A DNA stretch of 64,000 nt from Octopus bimaculoides. Lineage: Eukaryota. Shown here piece after piece: positions 1 to 13,779 of this stretch. The DNA is taken from assembly GCF_001194135.2 (NCBI RefSeq), contig NC_068983.1, positions 113,952,705-114,016,704 on the forward strand. The letters run 5' to 3'. A model generated the notes under the pieces. That model saw nothing but the letters and a program-made list of their open reading frames with translations. It did not search any database and had not been told where the DNA came from. Made by a program: the position numbers and the translations under genes. Every line of letters begins with the position of its first letter. Positions within the stretch are counted from its first letter, which is position 1.

Positions 1-1563
1 ACATGTTGATTAAATGTTTCTTCCTCTATACAAATGTACTTCATAGCATAGTTTCCATCATGAGTGATGCATTTGCACCATTGTTGAACTTAACTCTTGA
101 TTCCTCTTTGAAAAAAATTCATGTGTGCATTGTTGTACTCACTTCTTCATTGTTGCTTTCAGATTGTTTTTGCTATCATATTGTTGTCTCTGAAGACTTT
201 CTTTCATTGGACTGAACAAGTCCTCTATATTGTTTCTGTTGTAATTGTCAGTTAAAGCTTTTCTAAATTTCCAGACAAGCTGAGAGCTCTTTTAGCTTTT
301 ATGTCTTCTTCAAATTGTCTTTTGTTTCTGAGTCTGCCCAGTTCTTGCATTAAAGTCCATAATAACTAATTTGTGTTGAGTGGTACATTCTTCACCAAGG
401 AGAAACTTAGCATTTTCAAATATCTACCTATTCTGATTTCTAATGAGAATGGAGTCTGTCTGGCTTGTGCGCTTGTTTGCTTGATTGTTTGGTGATGAGG
501 TAGCTGGCCAGTTTCTTAAATTTTGTATTGCAAATGTTTAGGTCATTTGCATCACATTACCTCCAATAGCCTACACATCCTTCATTCCTCATACTATAAC
601 CATAACTTCCATATACACTAGGGAGGCTCTCCTATTGTTGCCCAGTATTAGTTGCCATAATAATGAGGTTACAGTCCCATAAAAGCAGTCCTTCTGTTCA
701 AATGTTATAGTTTGCATTGTCTACAACCAGCTTTGTGTGTTTGTCTATATCTGCAGGCTGTGCATATATGTATCTATATATTTCTTTTATCTTCTGAATT
801 TTTTTTTGTATATTTTCATTTTTCTTTTTCCTTTATTCACCATTTTAGACACATTTTCAGTTTCAGTGGCTGCCTACACACAACATTTATTTTGTCCATC
901 AGATTAAATATGATAATTAATTTCAATCAGTAACTGTGCTAAATAGTTTTTCTCTTGCAAATTTCAAACATTCACACACACCCATTTATGTTGGTGCTGC
1001 CTTCATCTTACTGATACAAAGGTTGGTGACTATTTTGAAACTCATTAACTTATTTTGCACCTGTAGAGTTAACTAGAACTAGTAGAGTTAGATAATTTAT
1101 GTTAAGATCATAGAATTAAATGTTTTTGTTTGTATATCATATTTTGTCTTTTGTCTTTTTTCACAATATATATATATATATACTTGAGTATTACCCATCA
1201 TATGGCAAGTAACATTGGTAGCATACTTTTGCCACTATGGGTAATATCAAGAAATACGGTATACATTCAATAATTATAATTTAACTTTTATCAAATTTCT
1301 TGGTACTTATATGAAATGAATACTAATTTTTGAAAAAAAAAATCTCTTACTGAAAATTAAATTAAATAGTATTCAAAAAGTAAATTCAAAGAGATGAGAT
1401 TACACTGTTGATTTTATATTGTGGAAGTTCCACACACTCATCTTCTCTCTCTCTTTCTCTCCCTCCCTTCCCATATATATGTATAAGTCAAAAATTATAT
1501 AAACTTTCAAGAGAATGTAAAATAATTCATTTTTGGAATAGTGGATCTTGAAGCACATAAAGC

Positions 1564-1825
1564 TATAGATAATAGCTTGTAAATATTGGGTTGGAAAGCC
1601 CTTTTAGATCGAAAAAGATAAGGCTGCTCATGGGACCTAAACCCAAATCTTTTCTAGACATGACAAGTTTTCTGCCATTGGACCAAAGTAATCCTTCAAA
1701 TTGCTTTGGGCCAGTGGTAGGACGCCTGTTTATGTCTACAGGAAATTTGGGTTTCAGTCCCACAGGCAGCTTTTAACATCTTCTATTCGGTTTTTCAACC
1801 CAATATTTACATGCTATTATTTATA
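1564..1825. mobile_element. MITE-like element with ~28-33 bp terminal inverted repeats
   Basis: ATAATAGCTTGTAAATATTGGGTTGGAAA (1569-97) is inverted at 1793-1820 (TTTCAACCCAATATTTACATGCTATTAT). Confidence 0.7.
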
Positions 1826-1870
1826 TCTTTTGTGCTTTGAGATGTACTATGCTAAAAAAATGTTATGTAC

Positions 1871-2042
1871 AGGCCCAGGAGTGGCTGTGTGGTAAGAGGC
1901 TTGCTTCTCAACCACTTGGTCCCAGTTTCAGTCCCACTGCATGGCACCTTGGGCAAGTGTCTTCCACTATAGCTTCAGGCTGACCAAAGCCTTGTGAGTG
2001 TATTTGGTAGATGAAAACTGAAAGAAGCCTGTTGTGTGTGAG

Positions 2043-2079
<37 letters not shown>

Positions 2080-2249
2080 AGGTGGATGTGTATTTGTGTA
2101 TCTATTTATGTCCCCATAACTTAGCGGTTCAGCAAAAGAGACCAATAGAATAAGTACTGGGTTTACAAAGAATGTCCTGGGGTTGATTTGTTCATCTAAA
2201 GGCAGTGTTCCTGCATGGCAGCAGTCAAATGACTGAAATAAATAAAAAA
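1871..2249 (+). mobile_element. tRNA-derived SINE family A (central TA/TG microsatellite)
   Basis: A-box-like TGGCTGTGTGG, B-box-like GTTTCAGTCC, body ...AAAGCCTTGTGAGTG..., tail CAGCATGGC..CAGTCAAATGACTGAAA; more than 10 copies in the window. Confidence 0.85.
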
Positions 2250-2662
2250 TATATATATATATTCTGCTTAGGCATAGCGAGACTAATAACCTAGTGTAGA
2301 TCTCTCTCTCTCTCTCTCTCATATATGTGTGTGTATGTGTGTCTTTCCTCATGTGAATGGTCCTCTTAATCCCAGCATTAAGGTAACCCTATCAAAACAC
2401 ATTGCTTCTTTTATAAACCTCTTTGAGGCAGCATTCCTCTTAGACGTTTATTCTTGGGACTTACAATCACTAGAAAAGCTTTCCTCAAGGACATCGCTGT
2501 GCGTTACTTTCCATGAATTCTCTATAGCGTGTAACTGGACTCACTAACATTGGGTTGTCAGCACTTGAAAACTAAATGTAGTTATGTAGCCAATTCTTCA
2601 AATAATTGAAATTTACATATATTGAGTACTTTTCCTCAGTGATTTGTTATACTCATACATTC

Positions 2663-3067
2663 AGGCACAGGGAGTGGCTGTGTGGTAAGTAGCTTGCTTA
2701 CCAACCACATGGTTCCCGTTTCAGTCCCACTGCATGGCACTTTGGGCATATCTTCTACTATAGCCTTGGGCCAAGCAAAGCCTTGTGAGTGGATTTGGTA
2801 GATGGGAACTGAAAGAGGCCCATGATGGATGTATATATATATAATTATATGTATGTATGTGTGTGTATATGTTTGTGTTTGTCCCCACAACGTTACTTGA
2901 CAACCGATGCTGGTGCGTTTATGTCCCTGTAACTTAGCGGTCCGGCAAGAGAATGATAGAATCAGTACTAGGCTTACAAGGAATAAGTCCTAGGGGGTCG
3001 ATTAGCTTGAGTAAAGGCGGTGCTCCAGCATGGTTGCACTCAAATGATTGAAAGAAGTAAAAGAGTA
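2663..3067 (+). mobile_element. SINE family A, full length
   Basis: Same head, body and tail as other family A copies. Confidence 0.88.
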
Positions 3068-3131
3068 AATTAATTCATTTGTTTAACATGCTTTTTCCAC
3101 CCTAGCATGGGTTGGATGCGGGCACACGCAC

Positions 3132-3207
<76 letters not shown>

Positions 3208-3602
3208 TAAATACATTTAAATATCCAGTTTAATTTATAAGAGTTTTGTAATTAGATTTCCCTTGCCTGTATAATCTTTGTTTTATTCAGATTTTGGTTC
3301 TACTAATTGTCAATTTGGAGCACTTCCAGTATTGCTTTTATCAAATAGCGCTTGTACATGTTTTCATGTTATTTTTTTGAAGCATAAAAAGAAATCTACT
3401 GTTTTTATATCTATGTGTATAAATCTATAGATGCACTCCAGGCTGTGTAGTTAAGAAGCTTACTTCCCAACCATATGATCTCAGGTTCAGTTCCTCTACA
3501 TCAGTGCTACTCAAAATTTTGGCCCATGGACTGGTGCCGGTCTGCGAGCTATCAGCTGCCGGTATGTGGTGAGTTTCCAGGGAAGAAAGAAACATTATAA
3601 CA

Positions 3603-4004
3603 TACTCTTTTACTTGTTTCAGTCTTTTGACTGTGGCCATGCTGGAGCACCGCCTTTAGTCGAGCAAATCGACCCCAGGACTTATTCTTTAGAAGCCTAG
3701 TACTTATTCTATCGGTCTCTTTTGCCGAACCGCTAAGTTACGGGGACATAAACACACCAGCATCGGTTGTCAAGCGATGTTGGGGGGACAAACACAGACA
3801 CACAAGCACATACACACATACATATGTATATACATATATACGACGGGCTTATTTCAGTTTCTGTCTACCAAATAGACTCACAAGGCTTTGGTCGGCCCGA
3901 GGCTATAGTAGAAGACACTTGTCCAAGATGCCACGCAGTGGGACTGAACCCGGGACCATGTGGTTGGTAAGCAAGCTACTTACCACACAGCCACTCCTAC
4001 GCCT
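3603..4004 (-). mobile_element. SINE family A, full length, apparently young copy
   Basis: Reverse complement of the 2663-3067 copy; CpGs retained. Confidence 0.9.
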
Positions 4005-5914
4005 ACATGCTTACAAAATGCTTATGTAATATTATATTATTTGTTTACAAAATAAATATAAAATTAAAAGAAATTGTCAACTTTTATTATATCCATTATT
4101 GTTTCTGGTATAAATTAATATTACTAAGAAATATTATCAGTCCCTGGCACATTGGAAAAGAAACTGCCGGTACACCACATCAAATAGTTTCAGAAGCACT
4201 GCTTTACGTGACACTTTTGGCAAGTGTTTTATACTATAGCCATGGGCTGACCAAAGTCTTGTGATCAGATTTTGTAGCCGGAAACTAAAAGAAGCCTAGA
4301 CTCCCCACATTGCCTCTCCCTATCCCCCAGCCCTCGTATGCTGGGTATCAGCATTCCCCACATCTCATCTCCCTATTTATCCCTCCTCCATGTACTGGGT
4401 GCTGTCCTTGCACCCATACTGCCTTGTCAAATATTCCACTACATCTCATTTCTCAACATACCCCCTTCTCTCAACATTCCCTAATTTCTCTTGCTGTCAG
4501 TTACTGTTTCCCTGCCCCCCACTCATATCACTCCTGCTCATTATTATCCAGCCATTCCCCTCTTCCACCTGCCATGTTTCATCTTAACTCCTCACATATT
4601 GGCTGAACTATCATCCTTGAGCCACTCCTCCCTCTCATCTTACTGATATTTCCCATCAAACTGCACCTCCATCCTTGTTTATGACCTCAATATATTTACA
4701 TACACATCTACTACCATCTCTAACCATCTAGTACTCTCTCTCTCCTCACATGCTTATAACTGCCCTCTCCCTCATATCTCTTGCTTCTTTGAGGATTTTG
4801 CTCTGGCACCCAATCTCTACCATCTTACTGGTTTCTCTGATACTCTCATCCACCCTTACGTAAATATGGGGTAACCATGAATCTTCTCTATAGCAAGATA
4901 TCTCTGTTTATCCCTGGCATAAAATCACCTCTCCAATACCCCACACCCACTTAGTCAAGTGGGCTTTTTCCTTTTCCCCTTTTCTTGTTCTTTCTTGTCT
5001 TGCAAGTTACTTGGCAACCTCACTAGTGTCACTGGTATGGGAAGGCATCACAGTACACACTGTAAAATGGTTTGTTTGGAAAGGCATCCAGCCATAGGAA
5101 CCATGTCAGAGCTGATGTGGAGCATGTTTACAGCCTTTTGGCTCACAGTGTCTGGTCAAACTGTTCAACCCATGCCAGCATGGAAAACAGATATTAAATT
5201 ATGATGGTGTGTGTGTGTATACTCTTGTCGTGACATCATGTAATCATTATCAAATGAGCATCACCATCATAAAAGCAGTATTTATTTCCAATCTTCTGTG
5301 AAAAAACATGTCTGGTTAAAGGGGAAATATTTACTTTGCTTGGAAACTGGTGACGGTTAGCAACACAAAGGACATCTGGCTGTGCAAAATTTGCTTCAAT
5401 AAATTCCATCTGACTCATGCAAGCATGGAAAAGCAGACATTAAATGATGATGATGATACTATATAAATCTATCAGTATAACTTCTCAACCTCCATAGATT
5501 CTCTCATCACTAGCTGCATAATTTATGTATGATATCCATTCATAAAACCACTCCCCCCCCCTTGCTATGTTAAACCATGTATGGTCTGGTTTATTATGCT
5601 CGTTTTTATTGGAAAATTCAAACAGAATTTATCACCAGCATTTTAGGTCATGGGGACAGGGGTCATCTGGTGGTACCTTGAATACTTCTTTTGAAGTTAT
5701 CTTACGGTAGATAGTTATTATGCCATTTCCTCAAAGAAACTGGTTTCTTTACTGACTTTTTTTTTGTTTCTGTTTTATGTTCCACACCAGTTTGACTTGA
5801 CTAACATATCTTTTATCTTCAGTCATTGAACTGTGCCATGCTGGGGCACTGTGTTGAAGGGTTTAGTTGAACAAACCAAGCCCAGTGCTTATTTTTAATT
5901 TACTCTTTTACTCT

Positions 5915-6122
5915 CTTTTTACTCTTTTACTGGTTTCAGTCATTTAACTGTGGCCATGCTGGAGCACCGCCTTTAGTCGAGCAAATCGACCCCATGACTT
6001 ATTCTTTGTAAGCCTGGTACTTATTCTATTGATCACTTTTGCCGAACTGCTAAGCTACGGGGATGTAAACACACCAGCATCGGTTGTCAAGCGATGTTGG
6101 AGGGCCAAACACAGACACATAA

Positions 6123-6173
<51 letters not shown>

Positions 6174-6345
6174 TATACATTATATATACAACGGGCTTCT
6201 TTCAGTTTCCGTCTACCAGATCCACTCAGAAGGCTTTGGTCGGCCCGAGGCTATAGTAGAAGACACTTGCCCAAGGTGCCATGCAATGGGACTGAACTCA
6301 AAATCATGATGTTGCCAAGCAAACTTCTTAAGCACACAGTCATTG
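5915..6345 (-). mobile_element. SINE family A
   Basis: Near identical to 3603-4004 with a longer (AT)n centre. Confidence 0.88.
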
Positions 6346-6545
6346 CTGTCCAGCCTTGCGTCTTAGTCCTAATTGAGTTGACCTGTAATTAAAAACATTC
6401 CAGCCATGACCATCCTTTTACTTTAGGACATAGAGAGCACATTGTGTCAAGTGTCTTTTTATTAAGATGGTAGAGTGTGATTTGAGGGATATTTGGCCGA
6501 TATGTCTAGCAGATCGAATAGCTATGTAAAGGCTCTCTCTCATTG
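6345..6545 (+). repeat. Interspersed repeat family E; further copies near 13620, 15210, 42225, 48340, 48540
   Basis: Recurrent ...CATTCCAGCCATGACCATCC...AAGATGG..G.GTGTGATTTGAGGGA.ATTTGG..GCTATTTCTAGCAG. Confidence 0.65.
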
Positions 6546-7376
6546 ACACATCTGTGTTAGTCACGATGGTATAAAAACATCTTTAAATCATGTTTTATTT
6601 ATGAAAGCATCTCTTTCATATTGATAAGTGTTTAGGAACCAGGAAATGTTATTCTGCTTATCTGTGTTAATGTTTTTATTTAATTTCCTTGCTAGTGCGA
6701 TAGTTAAGTGCTGGTGTAAGAGAGTTAAGTGCCTTTTAAAGTCTTTTTTAATGATTGGAACATTAAAATATGCTGTGGAAAGAAATATTAAAAGTTGGTG
6801 GCTAGTTATAAAAAACTTACTTGGAAAAGCATGCGTGGCATTCAATCATATAATATATATATTTTTCCATTGTCAAGTTCTGGAAGTAACTGGACACTCT
6901 ACTTTTGTTTGTAATCTTGAGCAGAAATTTAATGTCAGTGTATTTATAATCCATGAGATAACTATTCTGTGTGTGTGTGTGTGAAGAGAGAGAGAGAAAA
7001 TTAAAATTTCAACAGTTCCTTGGGCAATCTCCACATGATACTTACATTGACTATAATATTTTTAAAGTTTGGAACATGAAAAATGTTACATCATGAAAAA
7101 ATAAAAACAATATTAATTTATGGTGACTAATATTGCTTTGTCATTTGAAAATACAGGAAATAGTTCTAAAAATACAGAAAATAATTCTAAGCATTTCCAC
7201 CCACTTATAATAGTGAATTACTTGAATTTTCATTATCAGAAATCTCCATCCTTTGGTAATTTATCTTGTTGATATTAGAAGCTGGTAAGCAGAAATTATG
7301 ATGTTTACACTTTACCTTTTTAAAAGTGTTAGTTAGGTAAATGAAATAGTCGTGATAAGAAATTAAATCTGAACTG

Positions 7377-7980
7377 TACTAGATGCTTTTCAGAAGGGGA
7401 GACCTTAATTATTTTCAAAGAAATGCAAAACACTGATCACCTTCAAAGCAGGATCCTCTGACTTCAATGTTTTTGTTGTAGCATCCCAACCACTTTGTGA
7501 AGGCCCCATAGAGATCCTCCAAAGTGAAGGTGTCCAAGAACTTTGTCAGAGCTCCTTCAGCTTGGGGAACAGCCAAAACAGGGAGCAAAGTCAGGACTTT
7601 AGAAAGAGTGAGGTACAGTTTTGATGCTCATCTCTCTCAAGTAGATAGTTACCAAAATGGAATTGTGGACTGGTGTATTGTCCTGGTGCATGTGTTCTGG
7701 ACTTTTGCAATGAAATCTCTTCCTGAACTCCCTCAAAACCTCCATTAAGCACTCCGTGTTGACTGTCTGGCCAGAGGGAACCCAGTGGATGTTGATGTTA
7801 CCCTTGCTGTCAAAAGAAGGTATCATCATGTGCTTCCTGTCAGACTTGCTTTTCCTGGCTTCTTTTACCAGCGAGAAACAAATGTTCAATTCATACAAGT
7901 TAATCCATATGCAAGCTGGAGCATTTCATAATTTTCTGTAGTATTCCTGCCCTGTTTAACACAAATCTTTAATGCATAGT
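7377..7980 (-). mobile_element. Degenerate mariner-like (DD34D) transposase fragment
   Basis: Minus strand: FDSKGNINIHWVPSGQTVN...HQDNTPVH...HSF*SPDFAPC (QTVN, HDNAxxH, YSPDLAP motifs). Confidence 0.8.
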
Positions 7981-10900
7981 GAGCTTCCAAATTGTCTTCA
8001 CATCCCAACTGCATTCTGTAAATTAGTCAGCTGTGACAAGTAGTGTTTAGTAGGGTGTATCCAAAGTGCACTTGCAGCTGACTCCTTCAATCTGGATTTT
8101 AAAAAGTTAGCAGGTCAGCTTATTAGATGTACAGTAATGATGTACTAAAATCACAATAAAATCTAGGAGAGTTATAACTGTTTCTCCTTAAAAAAGTCTC
8201 AAAATTTCTCGAATGTACTTCATAAACAAGTTTTGCCTCAAGTTTGCCATCTACATGGCAGTTCGTAACCCAAACAAAAAATAATCTTCTATCATATTTT
8301 TGTTGACACATTGAGTATATTGATTCACCTTAACTCTAATGGGTTAGATCTGGCCAACATTTTAAAGCCTTATATGAGGTGAGGTTTTTGTGGGTGTTTT
8401 CTATAGGACTTCTCATTCTCTTGATTTTATTTTTCATAAATGCATATTTTATGTATTCATTTTTGGAGAGTTCATCATAACCAACTGTCTCAGTGGCACC
8501 ATATGTTATTCGAAAGTTCCTAAGATCTTCTGATTTTGGTCAATGATTTGTTAGTTACATTGGGCCATCTCACATGATACTTTGACTAATGCTCTACTGA
8601 TTCTGTCACCCATTCCTTATACCTTTCTTTTATAGAATCGATTGGTTTCATTTCTGTTGTTGAACATTTCAGTAGCTTATTATATCTTACTTATTTTCCT
8701 GTTTGCCTGTAGACCAGATTTCTGTAGGAAATCAATCAAAAATATCAAATATTGAACTACTATTGCAGTATTTGTAATTTTTAGTGTGTACAGGTCACGT
8801 CAAAGTGGCAATAACTATTTCAAAGTGAGGACATTTCAATTAAACAACACTTAAACTTGGGTTGTTCTTAGCAAATTAAATCAGGTATCTATGTGTAAAG
8901 ATGTAACAAGGAAGACTATCATACAGAAACTACAGTATTAGGATATAAATAAAACAAAAACATAACCCCGCTATTTATCAACTGCTGGAAGTCAAACTTC
9001 ATACAGAGTTCTGAAAAGTAGTTTCTCCTGTGCAGTTCATTTTATAAGGCATGAAGATAGCCGTGTCCAACATTGCTCAAAATTTACATATTGTGATTAG
9101 GGATTGATTACAAGGACCTTTCTCAATCTACAGGCATTGATTTGAGTAAACTGAGATAGATGCAATGTGCAAGTTGAGGAACTACCTATTTATTTGTACC
9201 TGGTAATAAATAACAATCCATCACCTTATGAAACATAAATGAAGGCACAATATTGGATTTGTCATAAACACCACTTGTAAGCAAAATTTTGGTACTATAT
9301 TTTCTATGAAATAAACTTGTTTGTCCTAATCCCACTTTGAAATCAATATTTTTTCACTTTGAAAAAGCAAAATCTCATTTTAACATCATTAATCACTCTT
9401 TGAAGTAGCAAGTTCTTGCTGTGAAGTGACTTCTGCTCACTTAGAACTACAAATACTGTAGTACTATTAATATATTGTAATATGTTGATTTGCTGAAGTT
9501 AGATCTTATAACATAGAAGCACCACAGCTTGTGACAAAGTCCAAGATAAGCAGCAATATGCTGTATGTTATAAAATGAATGTTAAAATGGTAATATTTTG
9601 ATTGTTCCAGTTGCTATAGCTTTTTGGGCCCTGTGTTAATCTAGTTTTGTTTACACTGTCATTAAGGATTCTATTTTCATCTAAGTCTTTGGGAATAATC
9701 TTAGCAGCCAATCATCAGGCAAATCTTTGCCATCTCAGATATTGTTGGTTTAGAATATGGAGCATGCATATAGACTGTTCTTTGTTTCACACTTTGGTGT
9801 TGAGAATTCTGTCCACCCAATACATATCAGGAACCCTAATTTATTAATTAGGTACCAATGCTGTTTGAAATCTAATGCTCATAATCATCTTAGCAGTGGC
9901 AGCTTAGTTTTTCAATAGTGGCCAGTGAGCAATTTCTTTTGAGCTAGTAATTATAAAATTGTTGTACTATTTTGTTGTCACCATTTCATCATCAACTCAA
10001 CCACCGCCACCACTTTAATGCTCACTTTTCCATTCTTGCATTGCTGAAAAAAGAATTTGTTTAAGCAGATTTCCTATGGCTAGATGTCCTTTCTGTTGTC
10101 AACCATCACTTGTTTCCAAGCAAATTTACATTTCCCCATAACCAGATATGTTTTCACAAAAGATTAATACCAAACGACGCTGCATGTATGACTGTGACAC
10201 TCATTTACAACGATAATGTAATGTCAAGAGTTACACATTCTCACACTCATGCAACAGACTTTTTTCATTTTTTCTTTACCAAATCCACTCACAAGGCCTT
10301 GGTTGGATTGAGGCTGTAGAAGACATTGCCCAAGATGTCATGCAGAACTAAACTTGAAACCATGAGGCTGGAAAGTAAACTTAACCTCAAAGTCATTCAT
10401 GCACCTATATAATCCCAAATATTCTTTTGGATTTAAACTAAATATTAGTACTGGTGCCATGTAAAAGCACCCAGTATACCCTGTAAGGTGGTTGTAGTTA
10501 GAAAGAAACCATGCTAAAACAGACAACTGAAACCTGGTACAGCCCACCACCTTGCCAGCTGCTGTGAAACCATCCAATCCATGCCAGTATGGAAAAGAGA
10601 TGTTAACTGATAATGATGAATAATGTCACGGCTGTTAATACCTTTACTCAGGTCAACCAATATTTTGTATATCTAGACAAACTGCATATTCTTATCATCA
10701 TTGTTAAAGCAACAATGATGATTATAATGCCGTTGTTACGTTGTACTGTCAAGGGGTGGTGACTAGATAAATTTGTTGTGTAATGGTTAGTTTTTTGTTA
10801 TTTGCAAATTCTGAATGTATCGTGACACCAAGCAAAATTACTTCACTATTAAGCACAGTTTTCACCCAATAATTCAATCTGCTGCTTCTTCAGTTGCCAG

Positions 10901-11780
10901 CATAGCATTCTTGCATGTAATACTTGGTTATCACTCAAGATTTCTACTAATAGTGCTTTAGGTAATTAATTGAACTCTTACACCGATTATTGACCAATTG
11001 TTATTAGTTTGGCCAAAGGCATTCTGTACATCAAATTGTATTGTTTGTTTCACATGTTTGCCCTCTCTTCTCTATGTATTCAAGTTAACAACATTTTATT
11101 TTCATTTTAAAATTGTTTTCCAGTGCTTGAGAATTCTCAACTGAGCTTTAAAATTTCTGTATATTCATCATGAGATAGCGATAGTATTTTTGTTTACATC
11201 AGTTTTTGCATGTTAACATACAAAACAGAGTGAGAGATAACATTTGTATACCTCAAGTGTTTCATACCTGGAATCTATTTCTAAATTAGGCAGCTTTAGC
11301 AAGCAGTCTATCTCATTCATGCTAAAAAGGAAACTTCTATATGCTCACTTAACTTACTAGAAAGAGTAGCTGAATCACATTCTACCCTTTTGAAACAAAG
11401 TAAAGGACTTATTAGGTAATGATGTGTTTGTTATACTATCGAGTTAGAAGACAGAATAATCATGGCTGGAAGGTCTTTGATTATAGGTTCACTGGATCTG
11501 GGTTGACTTGGAACTTTTTCTTTATGACTAAGTCATAGGTAAAAGGCAGTAGCTATGGTCTTTATACAGGTTCTCTGAGACTGTTTTGGAAAGGGTGGTA
11601 AAACCCTGACTCATGGGTTGCTGCTGTAGAAAGCAGTGCAACAAAATATTGAGTTATCTTCAAGTCCACATAAGAACAGATATAGTTCCATCTGATAGCT
11701 GTTTGCAGAGTTTCCATCCACCAGATTTGTTCACACAGTTCAGTTTGATCCAAATCTATGATGGAAGACACTTACCTGAA

Positions 11781-11900
11781 ACTAGAAAAGCACTCGGAGA
11801 GCGCAGACCTCCGCCAAGCAGCTCATTTCCACCCATATATACGCATGCTGAAAATCGCCCAATTTCCCAAACCAACGCTGGCAAAAACATAACCTTTCTC
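11781..11900 (+). mobile_element. Short non-autonomous element, Helentron-associated (HINE)-like
   Basis: Starts ACTAGAAAAGCACTCGGAGAGCGCAGACCTCCGCCAAG, ends AAAAACATAACC. Confidence 0.55.
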
Positions 11901-12599
11901 CCATACTTATCTCGACCATCATCATCAACACTGTCTCTGCTTTCGCCACAATCACCATCAAAACTACAATCACCACAATCAGTTTCTTTACACAGTTGAA
12001 AATCCATTATCCGATACTCATGGGACCGAGATTGTTGCAGAGTTTTGATTTTTCTAATTTCAGAGTGCTTTATTAAAAAAAAAAAAAGAAATTGCATCTA
12101 CAAAACAGAACAGTTTGAGGATAGATACCAGGTCAAAACACAATAGCTTATGGGCATACTCTGAATGTAGTTCTATGTAAATCTTTAATAATTTTTTTTA
12201 TACTTAAGACCATCAAAAATGTTAAGATATCAGCCTGTACTCATGTTGTCATGCTTTGATTAAAAGGTTACAGCATAGACTAGATTACTTAGATAAGTTT
12301 TGGCTGAAGTTGACTCAGGCCATGTCTAATTTAATAGCACCACCTGGAAGAGATACACAGTCAGCTCTGGGGAACTGTAGCCCATTCTAGCAGAGGGTTA
12401 TTGTTTTCAGAGACATATCTGGGTGTGGGTGGTTTATCTGGTATTTGTTGGGGGTAATCATCTAGGTATCATTTGAGTGCCATGAAGTCACTTTCCTCCT
12501 TTATGTGTGTCAGGCACGATGTTGAAGAGAGCAGGGCCAACTGAGGTGAAATAGTTTTGTCATAGTGTTGTGATACAACACAAACATTTCTGTAGTGGA

Positions 12600-12720
12600 T
12601 GGATGGCACAGGGGCAATTTTCCACATCATACAAATGATATAGAGCTCACAGCGGCAGTGGAGGGAGCAAAGCCTGAGCTTTTTGAGTCGATCCCAATAG
12701 TCAAGGCTTGTCATGTCATC
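12600..12720 (-). mobile_element. CR1/L2-group LINE ORF2 C-terminal fragment
   Basis: LDYWDRLKKLRLCSLHCRCELYIICMMWKI resembles the Y.ERL..L.L.SL..RR...I...KI motif. Confidence 0.6.
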
Positions 12721-12723
12721 CTC

Positions 12724-13106
12724 CGCAGACCTCTGCCAAGCAGCTCATTTTAAGATAGATACGCGAGTAAAATTACTAATAGAGAAACAAAAATAAACTT
12801 TGGAAACAGCAACACCACCATAGGTTACGTGGAGATGAACGTGTTTTCAAGGGAGATAATCAAAGAATGTAACATTGTAATACTTCATGTAAAGTAAGTA
12901 TAACAAATGAAAGTTCCTTCAAGAATCCATAAAAATTCACAGATCACTACCAAAATTTAATCATCTGTTCCTTGTGTCATTACCAACTTTTCCTGCAAGT
13001 TTCATCAAATACCGTTCACAACTTTTTGAGTTATTTTGCACAGAGATGGATAGACGGGCAAACCAACAATGATCAAAACATAACCACCTCCCTTGGCAGA
13101 GGTAAC
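12724..13106 (+). mobile_element. Second copy of the HINE-like element with 12-bp subterminal inverted repeat
   Basis: CGCAGACCTCTGCCAAGCAGCTCATTT shared with the 11781 copy; ACCTCTGCCAAG (12729-40) and CTTGGCAGAGGT (13092-13103) are inverted; AAAACATAACC near the end. Confidence 0.6.
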
Positions 13107-13250
13107 AAGGTGCAATGCAATGAAATCAAACTAAAAAGTGTGTAATTTCAAAATGAACGTCTTAATCATTCAGCTATACTTGTGATCAGCTGTCTAACAT
13201 CTAAAGCTCAGTCACTCAGACTTTGACGGGGGAGCAGCAAGGACATAGAG

Positions 13251-13495
13251 CAGGGTTTCTCGACCATTGTTTTGCATGTGGACCCTTGTGATTCTTATTT
13301 TACTCTACTGGACCCTCATAAGTTTCCAATGTTTTTTTTTTTTAAATCCTATTGTATTTTCTTAATTAGCTATCATTAGAAATTTTATAGAAAAATTCTT
13401 GGAATATTTGGTGTATTGTAGTAGATGTTTAACTAATTTATTGCTCATAAATTTGAACAACAAAATCTTTTATGGGCCCAAGTTGAGAACCACTG
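13251..13495. mobile_element. hAT-type MITE (245 bp) with 8-bp TSD
   Basis: Termini CAGGGTTTCTC / GAGAACCACTG; TSD ACATAGAG (13243-50) and ATATAGAG (13496-503). Confidence 0.8.
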
Positions 13496-13779
13496 ATATA
13501 GAGTAGTTGTTAAATCAAACTGAATTGTTGTAAGGTGATAGTTGACAATGTAAATTGTTTCAGTAGGTGGAAGGATTTGACAAGTCAAAGTTGTTGACAA
13601 CAAATTTGTGAACAAAGGCATTCCAGTCATGATTATCTGGTTTTTAAGGCTATCTTGAACTATATATCAACCAATGTTTCTTTTTCTTTCCCAAGATGGC
13701 AGTGTGTGATTTGAGGGAAATTTGACTATTTCCAGCAAGTCAAAAGTTTGTGTATCTAGCAACACCACTATCCCTGACG

